Source of the DNA: Fluviicoccus sp.
Lineage (GTDB): Bacteria > Pseudomonadota > Gammaproteobacteria > Pseudomonadales > Moraxellaceae
Direction of reading: 5' to 3'
Assembly: GCA_036273075.1 (NCBI GenBank)
Contig: DASUIL010000208.1
Location: forward strand, 1-34,336
Length of the DNA stretch: 34,336 bases
Positions within the stretch are counted from its first letter, which is position 1. Each line of letters starts with the position of its first letter. This document shows, piece after piece, positions 21,845 through 31,114 of this stretch. The notes under the pieces were generated by a model. The model searched no databases, was not told the origin of the DNA, and was given only the letters and a program-made list of their open reading frames with translations. A program made the translations under genes and the position numbers.

Positions 21845-22276
21845 ATGCTGATGCTGGTGATTCTCAAATGTCCTGAAGGCGTGATTATGCCGGATCGCCG
21901 CGCCGTTCCTCTGGACGGGGCGCTGACCATCGGGCGCAGTGCCGAATGCAGACTGACCTTGCCTGATCAGCATGTCAGCCGGGAACACTGCCGGATCGAG
22001 TTGGTGTCAGGGAGCTGGTGGTTACGGGTGACGGCCGGGGTCAATCCCGTTTGGGTGGGCAAGAACGAACTCTTCAAGAATGAAGTCCAGTTATTGCGGG
22101 TCGGCGACCAGCTGCGGATTGGCGGCTTCGAGCTGGCCATTGTCGAAAGCACCGCCGACAGTCTTGGCGCCGCGCGGGATGATGAAGCGGACTGGCCTGA
22201 TGACACCACCATCATTGATTGGGATGCCATCTTTGCCAACAGCCTGATCCTGCGCGCCAAGACCGGCGGCGACTGA
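21845..22276 (+). CDS. Stand-alone FHA-domain protein
   Basis: FHA motifs LTIGRS, HVSREHC, GVNPV, LRVGDQLRIG; acidic C-terminal tail; start at ATG 21845 behind AGGT. Confidence 0.78.
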   Translation: MLMLVILKCPEGVIMPDRRAVPLDGALTIGRSAECRLTLPDQHVSREHCRIELVSGSWWLRVTAGVNPVWVGKNELFKNEVQLLRVGDQLRIGGFELAIVESTADSLGAARDDEADWPDDTTIIDWDAIFANSLILRAKTGGD

Positions 22277-22300
22277 GCTCTGACCGCCGGAGACCGGGTA

Positions 22301-25300
22301 TCAGGCCGGATCATACCCCAGGTTCGGACTCAGCCACTTTTCCGCCTTCGTCAGATCCCAGCTCTTGCGCTGCGCATAAGACGCCACCTGATCGCGGTCG
22401 ATCTTGCCGACATTGAAGTAGGTGCTTTCCGGCAGCGAGTAATAGAACCCGCTCACTGACGCCGCCGGCCACATCGCGAAATGCTCGGTCAGCGCAATGC
22501 CCGTATTCTTTTCCGCATCCAGCAGCGCGAACAGCGTGCCTTTCTCGGTATGTTCCGGGCAGGCCGGGTAACCCGGTGCAGGGCGGATGCCGACATACTT
22601 TTCCTTGATCAGCTCTTCGTTGCTCAGCGCTTCCGCCGGCTGATATCCCCAGAACTCCTTGCGCACGCGCTCGTGCAGTCGTTCGGCAAAGGCTTCGGCC
22701 AGACGGTCGGCCAGCGCCTGCACCAGGATGGCGCTGTAGTCATCACCGGCATCGCGGTACTGTTTGGCCAGCACTTCCGCGCCCAAGCCCGCCGTCACCG
22801 CAAAGCCGCCGATATAGTCCTTGGCGGTAGAGGATTGCGGGGCGATGAAATCCGCCAGCGAATAATTCGGCTTGCCGCTAACCTTGTCGCTTTGCTGGCG
22901 CAGGTGGTGCAACGTGGTCAGCACCGTCTGGCGCGAATCGTCCGCATAGACCACCACGTCATCATCGTTGACCTGCGCGGCGGGCCAGAAGCCGATCACA
23001 CCATTGGCTTGCAGCCGCTTTTCACCGATCAGCTTGTCCAGCATCGCTTGGGCATCGTTGTAGAGGCGGGTGGCTTCCGCGCCCACCACATCATCCTTGA
23101 GGATGGCCGGAAACTTGCCTGCCAGGCTCCAGGTAATGAAGAACGGCGTCCAGTCGATGTACTGACGGATCTCCTCCAGCGGATAGTCCTTCAGCACGGT
23201 CACGCCCAATTGCCTGGGCTTCGGCGGGGTATAGGCATCCCAGTCCTTCTTGAACTTTTCAGCAATCGCCTGTTCGTAGCTCAGCTTCGCCGCTTTCGGC
23301 TGGCGGTTGGCGTGGCGCACCCGCACTTCTTCATACTCGGCGCGACGTTCCGCCAGGAAGGCCGGCTTCATTTCCGGGGAGAGCAGGGTGGTGGCGACAC
23401 CAACCGCACGCGACGCGTCAGCGACGTAGACTACGCCATCGTTGCGATACTGCGGGTCGATCTTGACAGCGGTATGCGCCTTCGAGGTGGTCGCGCCGCC
23501 AATCATCAGCGGGATATTGAAGCCCTGACGCTGCATCTCACGGGCCACATAGACCATTTCGTCCAGGGACGGCGTGATCAGGCCTGACAGGCCGATGATG
23601 TCCACCTTCTCGCGGATGGCGGTTTCCAGAATCTTCTCGCACGGCACCATCACGCCCAGATCCACGATGTCATAACCGTTGCAGCCCAGCACAACGCCGA
23701 CAATATTCTTGCCGATGTCGTGCACATCACCCTTGACGGTGGCCATCAGGATCTTGCCCTTGCTCTGGCCGACCACCTTTTCCGCTTCAATGTACGGGTT
23801 CAGCCAGGCCACGGCCTGCTTCATCACCCGCGCCGACTTCACCACCTGTGGCAGGAACATCTTGCCTTCGCCGAACAGGTCGCCGACCACGTTCATGCCC
23901 GCCATCAACGGACCTTCGATCACGTCCAGCGGCCGTTTGGCTTGCAGGCGCGCCTCTTCGGTATCGACATCAATGAAGGCGGTGATGCCTTTCACCAGCG
24001 CGTATTCCAGCCGCTTTTCCACGGACTGGTTGCGCCATTCCAGGGTATCGGCGGCGGCGTTGTCGCCGGTCTTGCCGTGCTCACGGTATTTGTCGGCGAT
24101 CGCCAGCAGCTTTTCGGTGGCGTCGTTGCGGCTTTCCCCTTGATTGCGGTTGAGAATCACGTCTTCCACGGCGTTTTTCAGTTCGGCGGGAATGTCATCA
24201 TAAATAGCCAGTTGCCCGGCGTTGACGATGCCCATGGTCATGCCTTGCTGGATGGCGTGATACAGGAAGACGGCATGAATGGCTTCGCGTACCGGTTCGT
24301 TGCCGCGGAAGGAGAAGCTGACATTGGAGACGCCGCCGGAAATCATCGCGTGCGGCAGGTTCTGCTTGATCCAGCCGGTGGCTTCGATGAAATCGACGGC
24401 ATAGTTGTTGTGTTCTTCAATGCCGGTGGCGATGGCGAAGATGTTCGGGTCGAAGATGATGTCTTCCGCCGGGAAGCCGACTTCATCGACCAGCACGCGG
24501 TAAGAACGCTCGCAGATTTCGCGCTTGCGGGCGGCGGTGTCGGCCTGGCCCTGCTCGTCAAAGGCCATGACGATGACCGCCGCGCCATAACGTCGGCACA
24601 ACTTAGCCTTTTCGACAAACTCGGCGTGGCCTTCCTTCAGCGAGATCGAGTTCACCACCGGCTTGCCCTGGATGCACTTCAGCCCCGCCTCGATGATTTC
24701 CCACTTCGAGGAGTCCACCATGATCGGCACGCGCGAAATGTCCGGTTCGGAGGCGATCATGTTGAGGAAGGTGACCATCGCGCCCTGTGAGTCGAGCATG
24801 CCTTCGTCCATGTTGATGTCGATGATCTGCGCGCCGCCTTCCACCTGCTGGCGGGCGATGTCCAGCGCTTCGGCATAGTTCTGCTCGCGGATCAGTCGGG
24901 CGAACTTCTTCGAACCGGTGACGTTGGTGCGCTCGCCGACATTGACGAACAGCGAGTCCTGAGTGATGTTGAACGGCTCCAGCCCGGACAGGCGGCAGGC
25001 CGGTTCGATTACCGGAATGACGCGCGGCGGAATATCCTTCACCGCCTGGTAAATGGCGGCGATGTGCTCGGGCGTGGTGCCGCAGCAACCGCCGACGATA
25101 TTGACCAGCCCGCTTTCGGCAAAGTCACGGATGAAGGCGGCGGTCTGCGCCGGGGTTTCGTCGTATTCGCCAAAGGCGTTCGGCAACCCGGCGTTGGGGT
25201 GGGCGCTGACGAAGATATCGGCCTTTTCGGCGATTTCCTTGACGTGCGGGCGCATCGCGTCCGCGCCCAGCGCGCAGTTGAAGCCGATCGACAGCAGGTC

Positions 25301-26017
25301 GGCGTGGCGTACCGAATTCCAGAAGGCCTCGGCGGTCTGGCCGGTCAGGGTGCGGCCGGAGGCATCAGTGATGGTGCCGGAAATCATCACCGGCAGTTCG
25401 GTGCCGGTGTCGTCGAAATACTTCTTCACCGCGTAGATCGCGGCCTTGCAGTTCAGGGTGTCAAAGACGGTTTCGATCAGCAGGATATCCGCGCCGCCTT
25501 CCACCAGGCCGATGGTCGCCTCGTAATAGTCTGTCACCAGCGCATCAAAAGTGATGTTCCGGTAGGCGGGGTTGTTCACGTCCGGCGAAATGGAGCAGGT
25601 GCGAGAGGTGGGGCCGATCACCCCGGCCACGAAGCGCGGCTTTTCCGGGGTCTGCGCCGTCCATTTGTCGGCGACTTCGCGGGCAAGGCGGGCGGCGGCG
25701 CGGTTCAGTTCCGGCGTCAGCTCTTCCATGTGGTAGTCGGCCTGTGAGACGCGGGTGCTGTTGAAGGAACAGGTTTCCAGGATATCGGCCCCGGCGGCGC
25801 AATAGGCGTCATGGATGCCGGCGATGATTTGCGGCTGGGTCAGCACCAACAGGTCGTTGTTGCCCTGCACGTCGTGCGGCCAGTCGGCGAAGCGCTCCCC
25901 GCGATAGTCGGCTTCCTGCAGCTTGTGACGCTGGATCATCGTGCCCATTGCCCCGTCAATGATCAGGATGCGTTGTTGCAGGGCGGCGCGAAGCTGGGCG
26001 GTACGGGATGCGGTCAT
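22301..26017 (-). CDS. metH: Cobalamin-dependent methionine synthase
   Basis: [26 protein letters not shown]12 motif [21 protein letters not shown]; start at ATG 26017. Confidence 0.98.
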   Translation of the reverse strand: MTASRTAQLRAALQQRILIIDGAMGTMIQRHKLQEADYRGERFADWPHDVQGNNDLLVLTQPQIIAGIHDAYCAAGADILETCSFNSTRVSQADYHMEELTPELNRAAARLAREVADKWTAQTPEKPRFVAGVIGPTSRTCSISPDVNNPAYRNITFDALVTDYYEATIGLVEGGADILLIETVFDTLNCKAAIYAVKKYFDDTGTELPVMISGTITDASGRTLTGQTAEAFWNSVRHADLLSIGFNCALGADAMRPHVKEIAEKADIFVSAHPNAGLPNAFGEYDETPAQTAAFIRDFAESGLVNIVGGCCGTTPEHIAAIYQAVKDIPPRVIPVIEPACRLSGLEPFNITQDSLFVNVGERTNVTGSKKFARLIREQNYAEALDIARQQVEGGAQIIDINMDEGMLDSQGAMVTFLNMIASEPDISRVPIMVDSSKWEIIEAGLKCIQGKPVVNSISLKEGHAEFVEKAKLCRRYGAAVIVMAFDEQGQADTAARKREICERSYRVLVDEVGFPAEDIIFDPNIFAIATGIEEHNNYAVDFIEATGWIKQNLPHAMISGGVSNVSFSFRGNEPVREAIHAVFLYHAIQQGMTMGIVNAGQLAIYDDIPAELKNAVEDVILNRNQGESRNDATEKLLAIADKYREHGKTGDNAAADTLEWRNQSVEKRLEYALVKGITAFIDVDTEEARLQAKRPLDVIEGPLMAGMNVVGDLFGEGKMFLPQVVKSARVMKQAVAWLNPYIEAEKVVGQSKGKILMATVKGDVHDIGKNIVGVVLGCNGYDIVDLGVMVPCEKILETAIREKVDIIGLSGLITPSLDEMVYVAREMQRQGFNIPLMIGGATTSKAHTAVKIDPQYRNDGVVYVADASRAVGVATTLLSPEMKPAFLAERRAEYEEVRVRHANRQPKAAKLSYEQAIAEKFKKDWDAYTPPKPRQLGVTVLKDYPLEEIRQYIDWTPFFITWSLAGKFPAILKDDVVGAEATRLYNDAQAMLDKLIGEKRLQANGVIGFWPAAQVNDDDVVVYADDSRQTVLTTLHHLRQQSDKVSGKPNYSLADFIAPQSSTAKDYIGGFAVTAGLGAEVLAKQYRDAGDDYSAILVQALADRLAEAFAERLHERVRKEFWGYQPAEALSNEELIKEKYVGIRPAPGYPACPEHTEKGTLFALLDAEKNTGIALTEHFAMWPAASVSGFYYSLPESTYFNVGKIDRDQVASYAQRKSWDLTKAEKWLSPNLGYDPA

Positions 26018-26056
26018 GGCGGGGGACACATTGAGGTAAATCAAAAATGGGGGGCT

Positions 26057-26065
26057 ATTCTAGCA
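26057..26065 (-). promoter_or_regulatory. Probable extended -10 promoter of metH
   Basis: Minus strand TGC-TAGAAT (TGn-TAnnnT) about 40 nt upstream of the metH ATG. Confidence 0.5.
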
Positions 26066-26103
26066 AAATGGTCACGGACTGTCCCGCTGTCCGGAGGACG
26101 GGT

Positions 26104-26128
26104 ATACCTTAGTAATCTACTCGGGTAT
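26104..26128. promoter_or_regulatory. IscR type-1-like operator upstream of nfuA
   Basis: 25-bp dyad ATACCTTAGTA-ATC-TACTCGGGTAT (9/11 symmetric) resembling the IscR type 1 consensus ATASYYGACTRWWWYAGTCRRSTAT; overlaps the expected -35 of a TATAAT box; nfuA is a known IscR target. Confidence 0.8.
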
Positions 26129-26140
26129 GATGTAAGCGGT

Positions 26141-26146
26141 TATAAT
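26141..26146 (+). promoter_or_regulatory. Sigma70 -10 box of nfuA
   Basis: Consensus TATAAT 30 nt upstream of the nfuA ATG. Confidence 0.65.
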
Positions 26147-26176
26147 GCTTGAAACACTTTCCCCGAGAGCCGTGGC

Positions 26177-26782
26177 ATGAGCAATCTGAACATCACCATC
26201 ACTGAAGCTGCCCAAGGATATCTGCGCGAGCTGCTGGCGAAGCAGAACAGCGAAGGCATCTCCGTGCGCATTTTTGTCGAGAACCCCGGCACTCCCCGCG
26301 CCGAGTGCTGCATGGCCTATTGCACCGTCGGGGAAGAGCAGCCGGATGATATCCGCCTGGCGATGGACGGTTTCATGGCGTTCATCGAACTGAAAAGCGC
26401 CCCTTATCTGGAAGACGCGGTCATTGATTACAACAAGGACCGTTTCGGCGGCCAGCTGACCTTCAAGGCTCCCAAGTCCAAGGTGCCGCAGATCGGCGAG
26501 GGCAGCAGCCTTGAAGAACGCATCAACCATGTCCTCTTCAGCGAGATCAACCCCGGCCTGGCCGCGCACAACGGCAATGTCAGCCTGCTGGAAATCTTCA
26601 CCGACGACAAGGAAGGCCTGACGGCGGTGCTGAAGTTCGGCGGCGGCTGCCAGGGCTGCTCGGCGGTGGACATGACCCTGAAGCAAGGCGTAGAGACCAC
26701 GCTCAAGGCCAGCATTCCCGAACTGCAGCGGGTGGTGGACAGCACCGACCATTCCAATACCGACAACGCCTATTTCCGCTAA
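26177..26782 (+). CDS. nfuA: Fe-S cluster carrier NfuA
   Basis: Degenerate ATC domain ([13 protein letters not shown]) plus Nfu domain ([18 protein letters not shown]). Confidence 0.96.
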   Translation: MSNLNITITEAAQGYLRELLAKQNSEGISVRIFVENPGTPRAECCMAYCTVGEEQPDDIRLAMDGFMAFIELKSAPYLEDAVIDYNKDRFGGQLTFKAPKSKVPQIGEGSSLEERINHVLFSEINPGLAAHNGNVSLLEIFTDDKEGLTAVLKFGGGCQGCSAVDMTLKQGVETTLKASIPELQRVVDSTDHSNTDNAYFR

Positions 26783-26877
26783 CCGGAAAGCCCTTCACAC
26801 CCCGGTCCAATCCTTCATCCGGGCCGCGGGTGTGTTAAAGTCCGGCTGCACGCTTGATTTTCCGGCAGCCGGATTCC

Positions 26878-28464
26878 ATGAAAACCCATGCAACTGACAA
26901 TGTGCTGCGGCTGGCGACTTTTTGCCTGGCCGTCTGGCTTTGCCTGCTGGTGTCGGGCTGCACATCCCTGAATCCGAACGCCCCCCGGCCCATCACCGAA
27001 TCTTTTCAACCGCTGGAACGAACGCCTTTGCAGGAGTGGCGGGCCTCACTGGACCTGCCGTCCGGAATTTCCGCATTTCACCTCGTCACTTCCGGCCGCG
27101 ACGCCCTTGCGGCAAGACTGGCCCTGATTGATCAGGCTGCCTCCACCATCGACATGCAGTATTACATGCTGCGTGATGATTCCAGCACCCAGTTGATCAT
27201 TTCCCGATTGTTGCAGGCAGCGGATCGGGGTGTTCGTGTCCGATTGCTGGTTGATGATATTTTCGGGCTGAAACGAGACCATATCCTGGCGACCCTGAGT
27301 GCTCACCCGAACATCGAGATCCGGGTCTTCAATCCCTTTCTGGCGCGCGGTAAGGCCAACCCCTTGCGGTTGCTTGAGTTTCTCCAGAAGTCCTCCCTGA
27401 ACAAACGCATGCATAACAAGCTGCTGGTGGTGGACAATACTGCGCTGGTTGTTGGCGGTCGTAATCTGGGTAACGAATATTTCGATAGCGAAGCCGAAAC
27501 CGAATTCACTGATCTCGATGTGTTGGTTATGGGGCCGGTAGTCTATGAAGCTTCAGAGAGCTTTGACGAGTACTGGAACCACCAGTTGGCCGTGCCGGTC
27601 CGCGCCTTCCTGCGTGACATGCCGACTGAAGAGCATCTGGAAGTCATGCGTTCCCGCCTGCAGCGGTTGATAACCCAGTTGCGGCAGAACAATTATCCGA
27701 TGCAGTTCTCGTTAAGCACGCTCGCGGAAGGAATCAGCAATCACCAGTTGTCCTTCCGGCGCGGTAAGGCGCACATGCTCTATGATCGTCCCGAAAAAGT
27801 CCTCAATGAGGGCAGGCGCTTGTTCAAGGGTGTCTACCTGGCCGCCGATCTCTATCCCGCCATTGCCAAGACCCGTGAGGATGTCTTGCTGGTGTCGGCC
27901 TATTTTGTGCCCGGGCCGCGTCTGCGCGACTTGCTGGAAGGGCTGGTCAGCAGCGGTGTGCGGGTGCGGCTGCTGACCAACTCACTGGCGGCAACGGATG
28001 TTGCCTATGTCCACGGCGCCTATTCCCGCTGGCGGGGACCTTTGATTGATGCCGGGGTGGAAATCTATGAGATGCGGCCGCTGGCGAAAAGACCCCTGGC
28101 ATCATTCAGGCTGATCGGCCGCTCACGAAGCAGTCTGCACGCCAAGGCGCTGATACTGGACAGCCGCCAGGTATTCATCGGCTCCATGAATCTGGATCAG
28201 CGTTCGGTTTACCTGAATACCGAAACGGGCATTCTGATTGACTGTCCCGATTTGGCAGCTGACCTGCGCGCCAGTTTTGAACGGTTGATGCTGCCGGATA
28301 TGAGTTACGAGGTATATGCGGACAAGGAGGAACCGGGACGGCTGTTGTGGTGGGGTATCCGTTCAGGCAAGGATGTGGTGCTACGCCGTGATCCCGAAGC
28401 GGGATTCTGGAAGCGGTGGAAGGCAGCGTTCCTGGGCAAGATATTGCCCGAACGCATGTTGTAA
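26878..28464 (+). CDS. Phospholipase D family lipoprotein (ClsC/YmdC-like)
   Basis: Two HKD motifs (HNKLLVVD..GGRNLGNEYF; HAKALILD..GSMNLD), TNSLAATD, predicted lipobox LVSGC; start approximate. Confidence 0.88.
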   Translation: MKTHATDNVLRLATFCLAVWLCLLVSGCTSLNPNAPRPITESFQPLERTPLQEWRASLDLPSGISAFHLVTSGRDALAARLALIDQAASTIDMQYYMLRDDSSTQLIISRLLQAADRGVRVRLLVDDIFGLKRDHILATLSAHPNIEIRVFNPFLARGKANPLRLLEFLQKSSLNKRMHNKLLVVDNTALVVGGRNLGNEYFDSEAETEFTDLDVLVMGPVVYEASESFDEYWNHQLAVPVRAFLRDMPTEEHLEVMRSRLQRLITQLRQNNYPMQFSLSTLAEGISNHQLSFRRGKAHMLYDRPEKVLNEGRRLFKGVYLAADLYPAIAKTREDVLLVSAYFVPGPRLRDLLEGLVSSGVRVRLLTNSLAATDVAYVHGAYSRWRGPLIDAGVEIYEMRPLAKRPLASFRLIGRSRSSLHAKALILDSRQVFIGSMNLDQRSVYLNTETGILIDCPDLAADLRASFERLMLPDMSYEVYADKEEPGRLLWWGIRSGKDVVLRRDPEAGFWKRWKAAFLGKILPERML

Positions 28465-28467
28465 AAC

Positions 28468-28497
28468 AGAGAAGCCCGCAAATCGGCGGGCTTCTCT
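28468..28497. terminator. Stem-loop terminator between the convergent PLD and TauE genes
   Basis: Perfect 12-bp stem AGAGAAGCCCGC-AAATCG-GCGGGCTTCTCT. Confidence 0.75.
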
Positions 28498-28513
28498 TCA
28501 GGGCAGGACATTG

Positions 28514-29305
28514 TCAATAAAAGACAAACTTGATACTTAGGGCCATCAGGGTCATGCCCAGCAGGGGGCGGATGATCCGTTCCGGCATGCGTGAGCTCAG
28601 CAGCGTCCCCAGAATGATCGCCGGAATCGAGCCGATCAACAGCATGCTCAGCAAGTGATAATCGACGTTGCCCATCTTGGCATGCGCCAGACCGGCCACC
28701 AGCGTCAGGAAGACGGCGTGCGTAACGTCGGTACCGATGATCTTGATGGTGGACAGCATCGGGTACAGGCTGAGCAGCACCACCACGCCGAAGGCCCCGG
28801 CGCCGACGGAGGACAAGGTTACCAGCACACCCAGGATGATGCCCATGATCAGGGTTGCCTGGGTGTGGTTTGCGGTTACCCATTGACGGAACCGGCTTTT
28901 CACCGGGTTGGCGTCATGAAACTTCTGCAAGCGCTTTTTGAAGATCAGGGAGAGGGCAGTGATCATTAGCATCAGGCCGAGCGCCACTGTCATCACGCCC
29001 TTGTAATTGTTGGCATTGCCAAAATAGGTGTGTAGCGCCCAGGCGGTTGCCAGTGAGGCGGGTATGGAGCCGAGCGCCAGCCAGCCAACCACGGACCACT
29101 CGATATTCCTCTTTTGGAAATGCACCACGGCGCCGCTGGATTTGGTGATCGAGGCGTAAAGCAGGTCGGTGCCGATGGCGGTATGCAGGGGTACGCCCAT
29201 CATCGTCAGCAACGGGGTCATCAACGAGCCGCCGCCGACGCCTGTCAGGCCGACACAGAGGCCGACCAATGCGCCAGCCATGACAAAGCTGATATCAGCC
29301 GCCAT
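28514..29305 (-). CDS. TauE/SafE (TSUP) family sulfur-compound transporter
   Basis: GLTGVGGGSLMTP, AIGTDL, SSVGAGA, IIGTD motifs; multi-TM; RBS AAGGAG; divergent from cysB. Confidence 0.9.
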   Translation of the reverse strand: MAADISFVMAGALVGLCVGLTGVGGGSLMTPLLTMMGVPLHTAIGTDLLYASITKSSGAVVHFQKRNIEWSVVGWLALGSIPASLATAWALHTYFGNANNYKGVMTVALGLMLMITALSLIFKKRLQKFHDANPVKSRFRQWVTANHTQATLIMGIILGVLVTLSSVGAGAFGVVVLLSLYPMLSTIKIIGTDVTHAVFLTLVAGLAHAKMGNVDYHLLSMLLIGSIPAIILGTLLSSRMPERIIRPLLGMTLMALSIKFVFY

Positions 29306-29332
29306 AGTATTACTCCTTCTAGGGTCTTTGCA

Positions 29333-29361
29333 CTTTATGCGATCTGTTTGCTCGCATAAAG
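29333..29361. promoter_or_regulatory. Inverted repeat in the TauE/cysB divergent promoter region
   Basis: Perfect 10-bp arms CTTTATGCGA-N9-TCGCATAAAG in an AT-rich 101-bp intergenic region. Confidence 0.5.
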
Positions 29362-29406
29362 GAACAAATGGCTATATGCTTATAACCATATGGAATGGAG
29401 TTGATC

Positions 29407-30381
29407 ATGAAGCTTCAGCAGTTGCGGTATATCGTTGAAGTGGCCAGAAGCAACCTTAACGTCTCGGCGGCCGCCCAGAATCTTTTTACCTCCCAACCCG
29501 GTGTCAGCAAGCAGATCCGCCTTCTGGAAGATGAGCTCGGGGTCGAAATATTCACCCGGAGCGGCAAGCATTTCACCCAGATTACCGGTGCAGGCAGGGA
29601 AGTGCTTGAGATTGCGCGGGAAATGCTGCGCCAGGCGGATAATATCCGGCAGATAGGGGAGGAGTTCAGTGACCCGCGCCGTGGCCGTCTTTCCATTTCC
29701 ACGACTCATACCCAAGCGCGATACCGCTTGCCGCCGGTGATCAGTGCTTTCCGGGCCCGTTACCCTGATGTGTCCCTCCATATCCAGCAGGGAACGCCGC
29801 AGCAGATCGCCCAGATGGCATCGGATGGTGTGACGGATTTCGCCATCGCTACCGAAGCCATGGAGCATTTCACCAATCTGGTTCTGTTGCCATGCTATCA
29901 ATGGAACCGCACGGTCCTGGTGCCGAAAGACCATCCCCTGGCGCAGGTCAGCCGCTTGTCGCTGAGTGATGTCGCTGCCTGGCCGATCGTGACCTACGTC
30001 TTTGGATTTACAGGCCGCTCCGTCCTGGATGACGCTTTCCGCCGCGAAGCGCTGCATCCCAACGTGGTCTTCACAGCTACCGATGCCGATGTCATCAAGA
30101 CCTATGTCCGCCTGGGAATGGGCATAGGCATTATTGCACACATGGCTTACGAGGCTGGAGTGGATGAGGATTTGCTGGCGCTGGATGCCAGTCACCTGTT
30201 CCCTTCCAGCACCACGCGAATCGCCTTTCGTCGCGGAATGTGGTTGCGCGGATTCATGTATGACTTCATTCAGGAGTTTTCGCCGCACCTGTCGCGCGAT
30301 CGGGTCGAGGCCGCGATTGCGGCAGGCGACAGTGAGGCGGTGGAGGCCATTTTCCACGGGATTGAGTTGCCGGTTTATTAA
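29407..30381 (+). CDS. cysB: LysR-type regulator CysB
   Basis: MKLQQLRYI, LFTSQPGVSKQ, TTHTQARY, AIATEA, TYVFGFTGRS, DADVIKTYVRLG; RBS GGAG before ATG 29407. Confidence 0.95.
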   Translation: MKLQQLRYIVEVARSNLNVSAAAQNLFTSQPGVSKQIRLLEDELGVEIFTRSGKHFTQITGAGREVLEIAREMLRQADNIRQIGEEFSDPRRGRLSISTTHTQARYRLPPVISAFRARYPDVSLHIQQGTPQQIAQMASDGVTDFAIATEAMEHFTNLVLLPCYQWNRTVLVPKDHPLAQVSRLSLSDVAAWPIVTYVFGFTGRSVLDDAFRREALHPNVVFTATDADVIKTYVRLGMGIGIIAHMAYEAGVDEDLLALDASHLFPSSTTRIAFRRGMWLRGFMYDFIQEFSPHLSRDRVEAAIAAGDSEAVEAIFHGIELPVY

Positions 30382-30421
30382 TAGCCGGGTAACCAAAGCG
30401 TTATCCGGCTCTAGGAGAGGG

Positions 30422-31114
30422 TCAGGGCTCCAGTTCGATGGATCCCGAAACCTGAACGCTCAAGCGGCTTTCTCCACCCGCGTATTCGGCAGCGGGAGCA
30501 TCGGCCATTTCCGCCTTGGCGGCGCGCATGGCGTACATGGGGGGCGGGGCAGGGGGATTTGCGGTCCCGATGCTCATCTGGACCAGACGATAGGATTTGG
30601 CATTCCAGGCCTGGCGGATTCGGTCTGCACGCTGGCGAAAGGCCTGTACGGCTTGTTCCGTCAACTGGTTTTCCAGATCGCGTCTCGTGGTGGGCGCCAC
30701 ATTGAAGTGCAGTCCGTTCAATTGCAGGTTGCCTTGCAAGACGCTGATCAATTCTCCGGCCGACTTGAAGTCTTGGCTTTCCAACCGTACTTCTGCACGG
30801 CCACGCCAACTGTCAAGCTTGTTCTTGTCAGTATAGACGGGCCACGTCTGCTGGTTTCCCGAGGTCAGCTTGACGGTTTTGTACGCACCGGCCTGTTTCA
30901 GGGCATCATTGATTTTCTGGGTAAGTTCCCGCGCTAATGCGGTTGGATTGCGGTTACCCGCCTCGATGCTCAGGTTGGCTGTTAGCAGGTCATTGGTGGC
31001 CACGGTTTCGACATCGGTCTGGAAATCAATGCGATTACGGATGATGTCTTCGGCCATGACCGCAACCGGCGCTGTGGATAGCATCAGGGCCAGCAGGCAT
31101 TTAGTGGTCTTCAT
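30422..31114 (-). CDS. SIMPL (DUF541) domain periplasmic protein
   Basis: Signal peptide MKTTKCLLALMLSTAPVAVMA; AVQAFRQRA, PMYAMRAAKA, GGESRLSVQVSGSIEL typical of SIMPL; start at ATG 31114. Confidence 0.85.
   Translation of the reverse strand: MKTTKCLLALMLSTAPVAVMAEDIIRNRIDFQTDVETVATNDLLTANLSIEAGNRNPTALARELTQKINDALKQAGAYKTVKLTSGNQQTWPVYTDKNKLDSWRGRAEVRLESQDFKSAGELISVLQGNLQLNGLHFNVAPTTRRDLENQLTEQAVQAFRQRADRIRQAWNAKSYRLVQMSIGTANPPAPPPMYAMRAAKAEMADAPAAEYAGGESRLSVQVSGSIELEP

Noticed and set aside
22481-25747. Several + strand ORFs up to 368 aa inside metH
   Set aside because: Antisense shadows of a highly conserved gene
26018-26176. Possible cobalamin, SAH or SAM riboswitch upstream of metH
   Set aside because: The predicted leader is only about 30 nt and the region is filled by two promoters and the IscR-like site; no riboswitch consensus recognised
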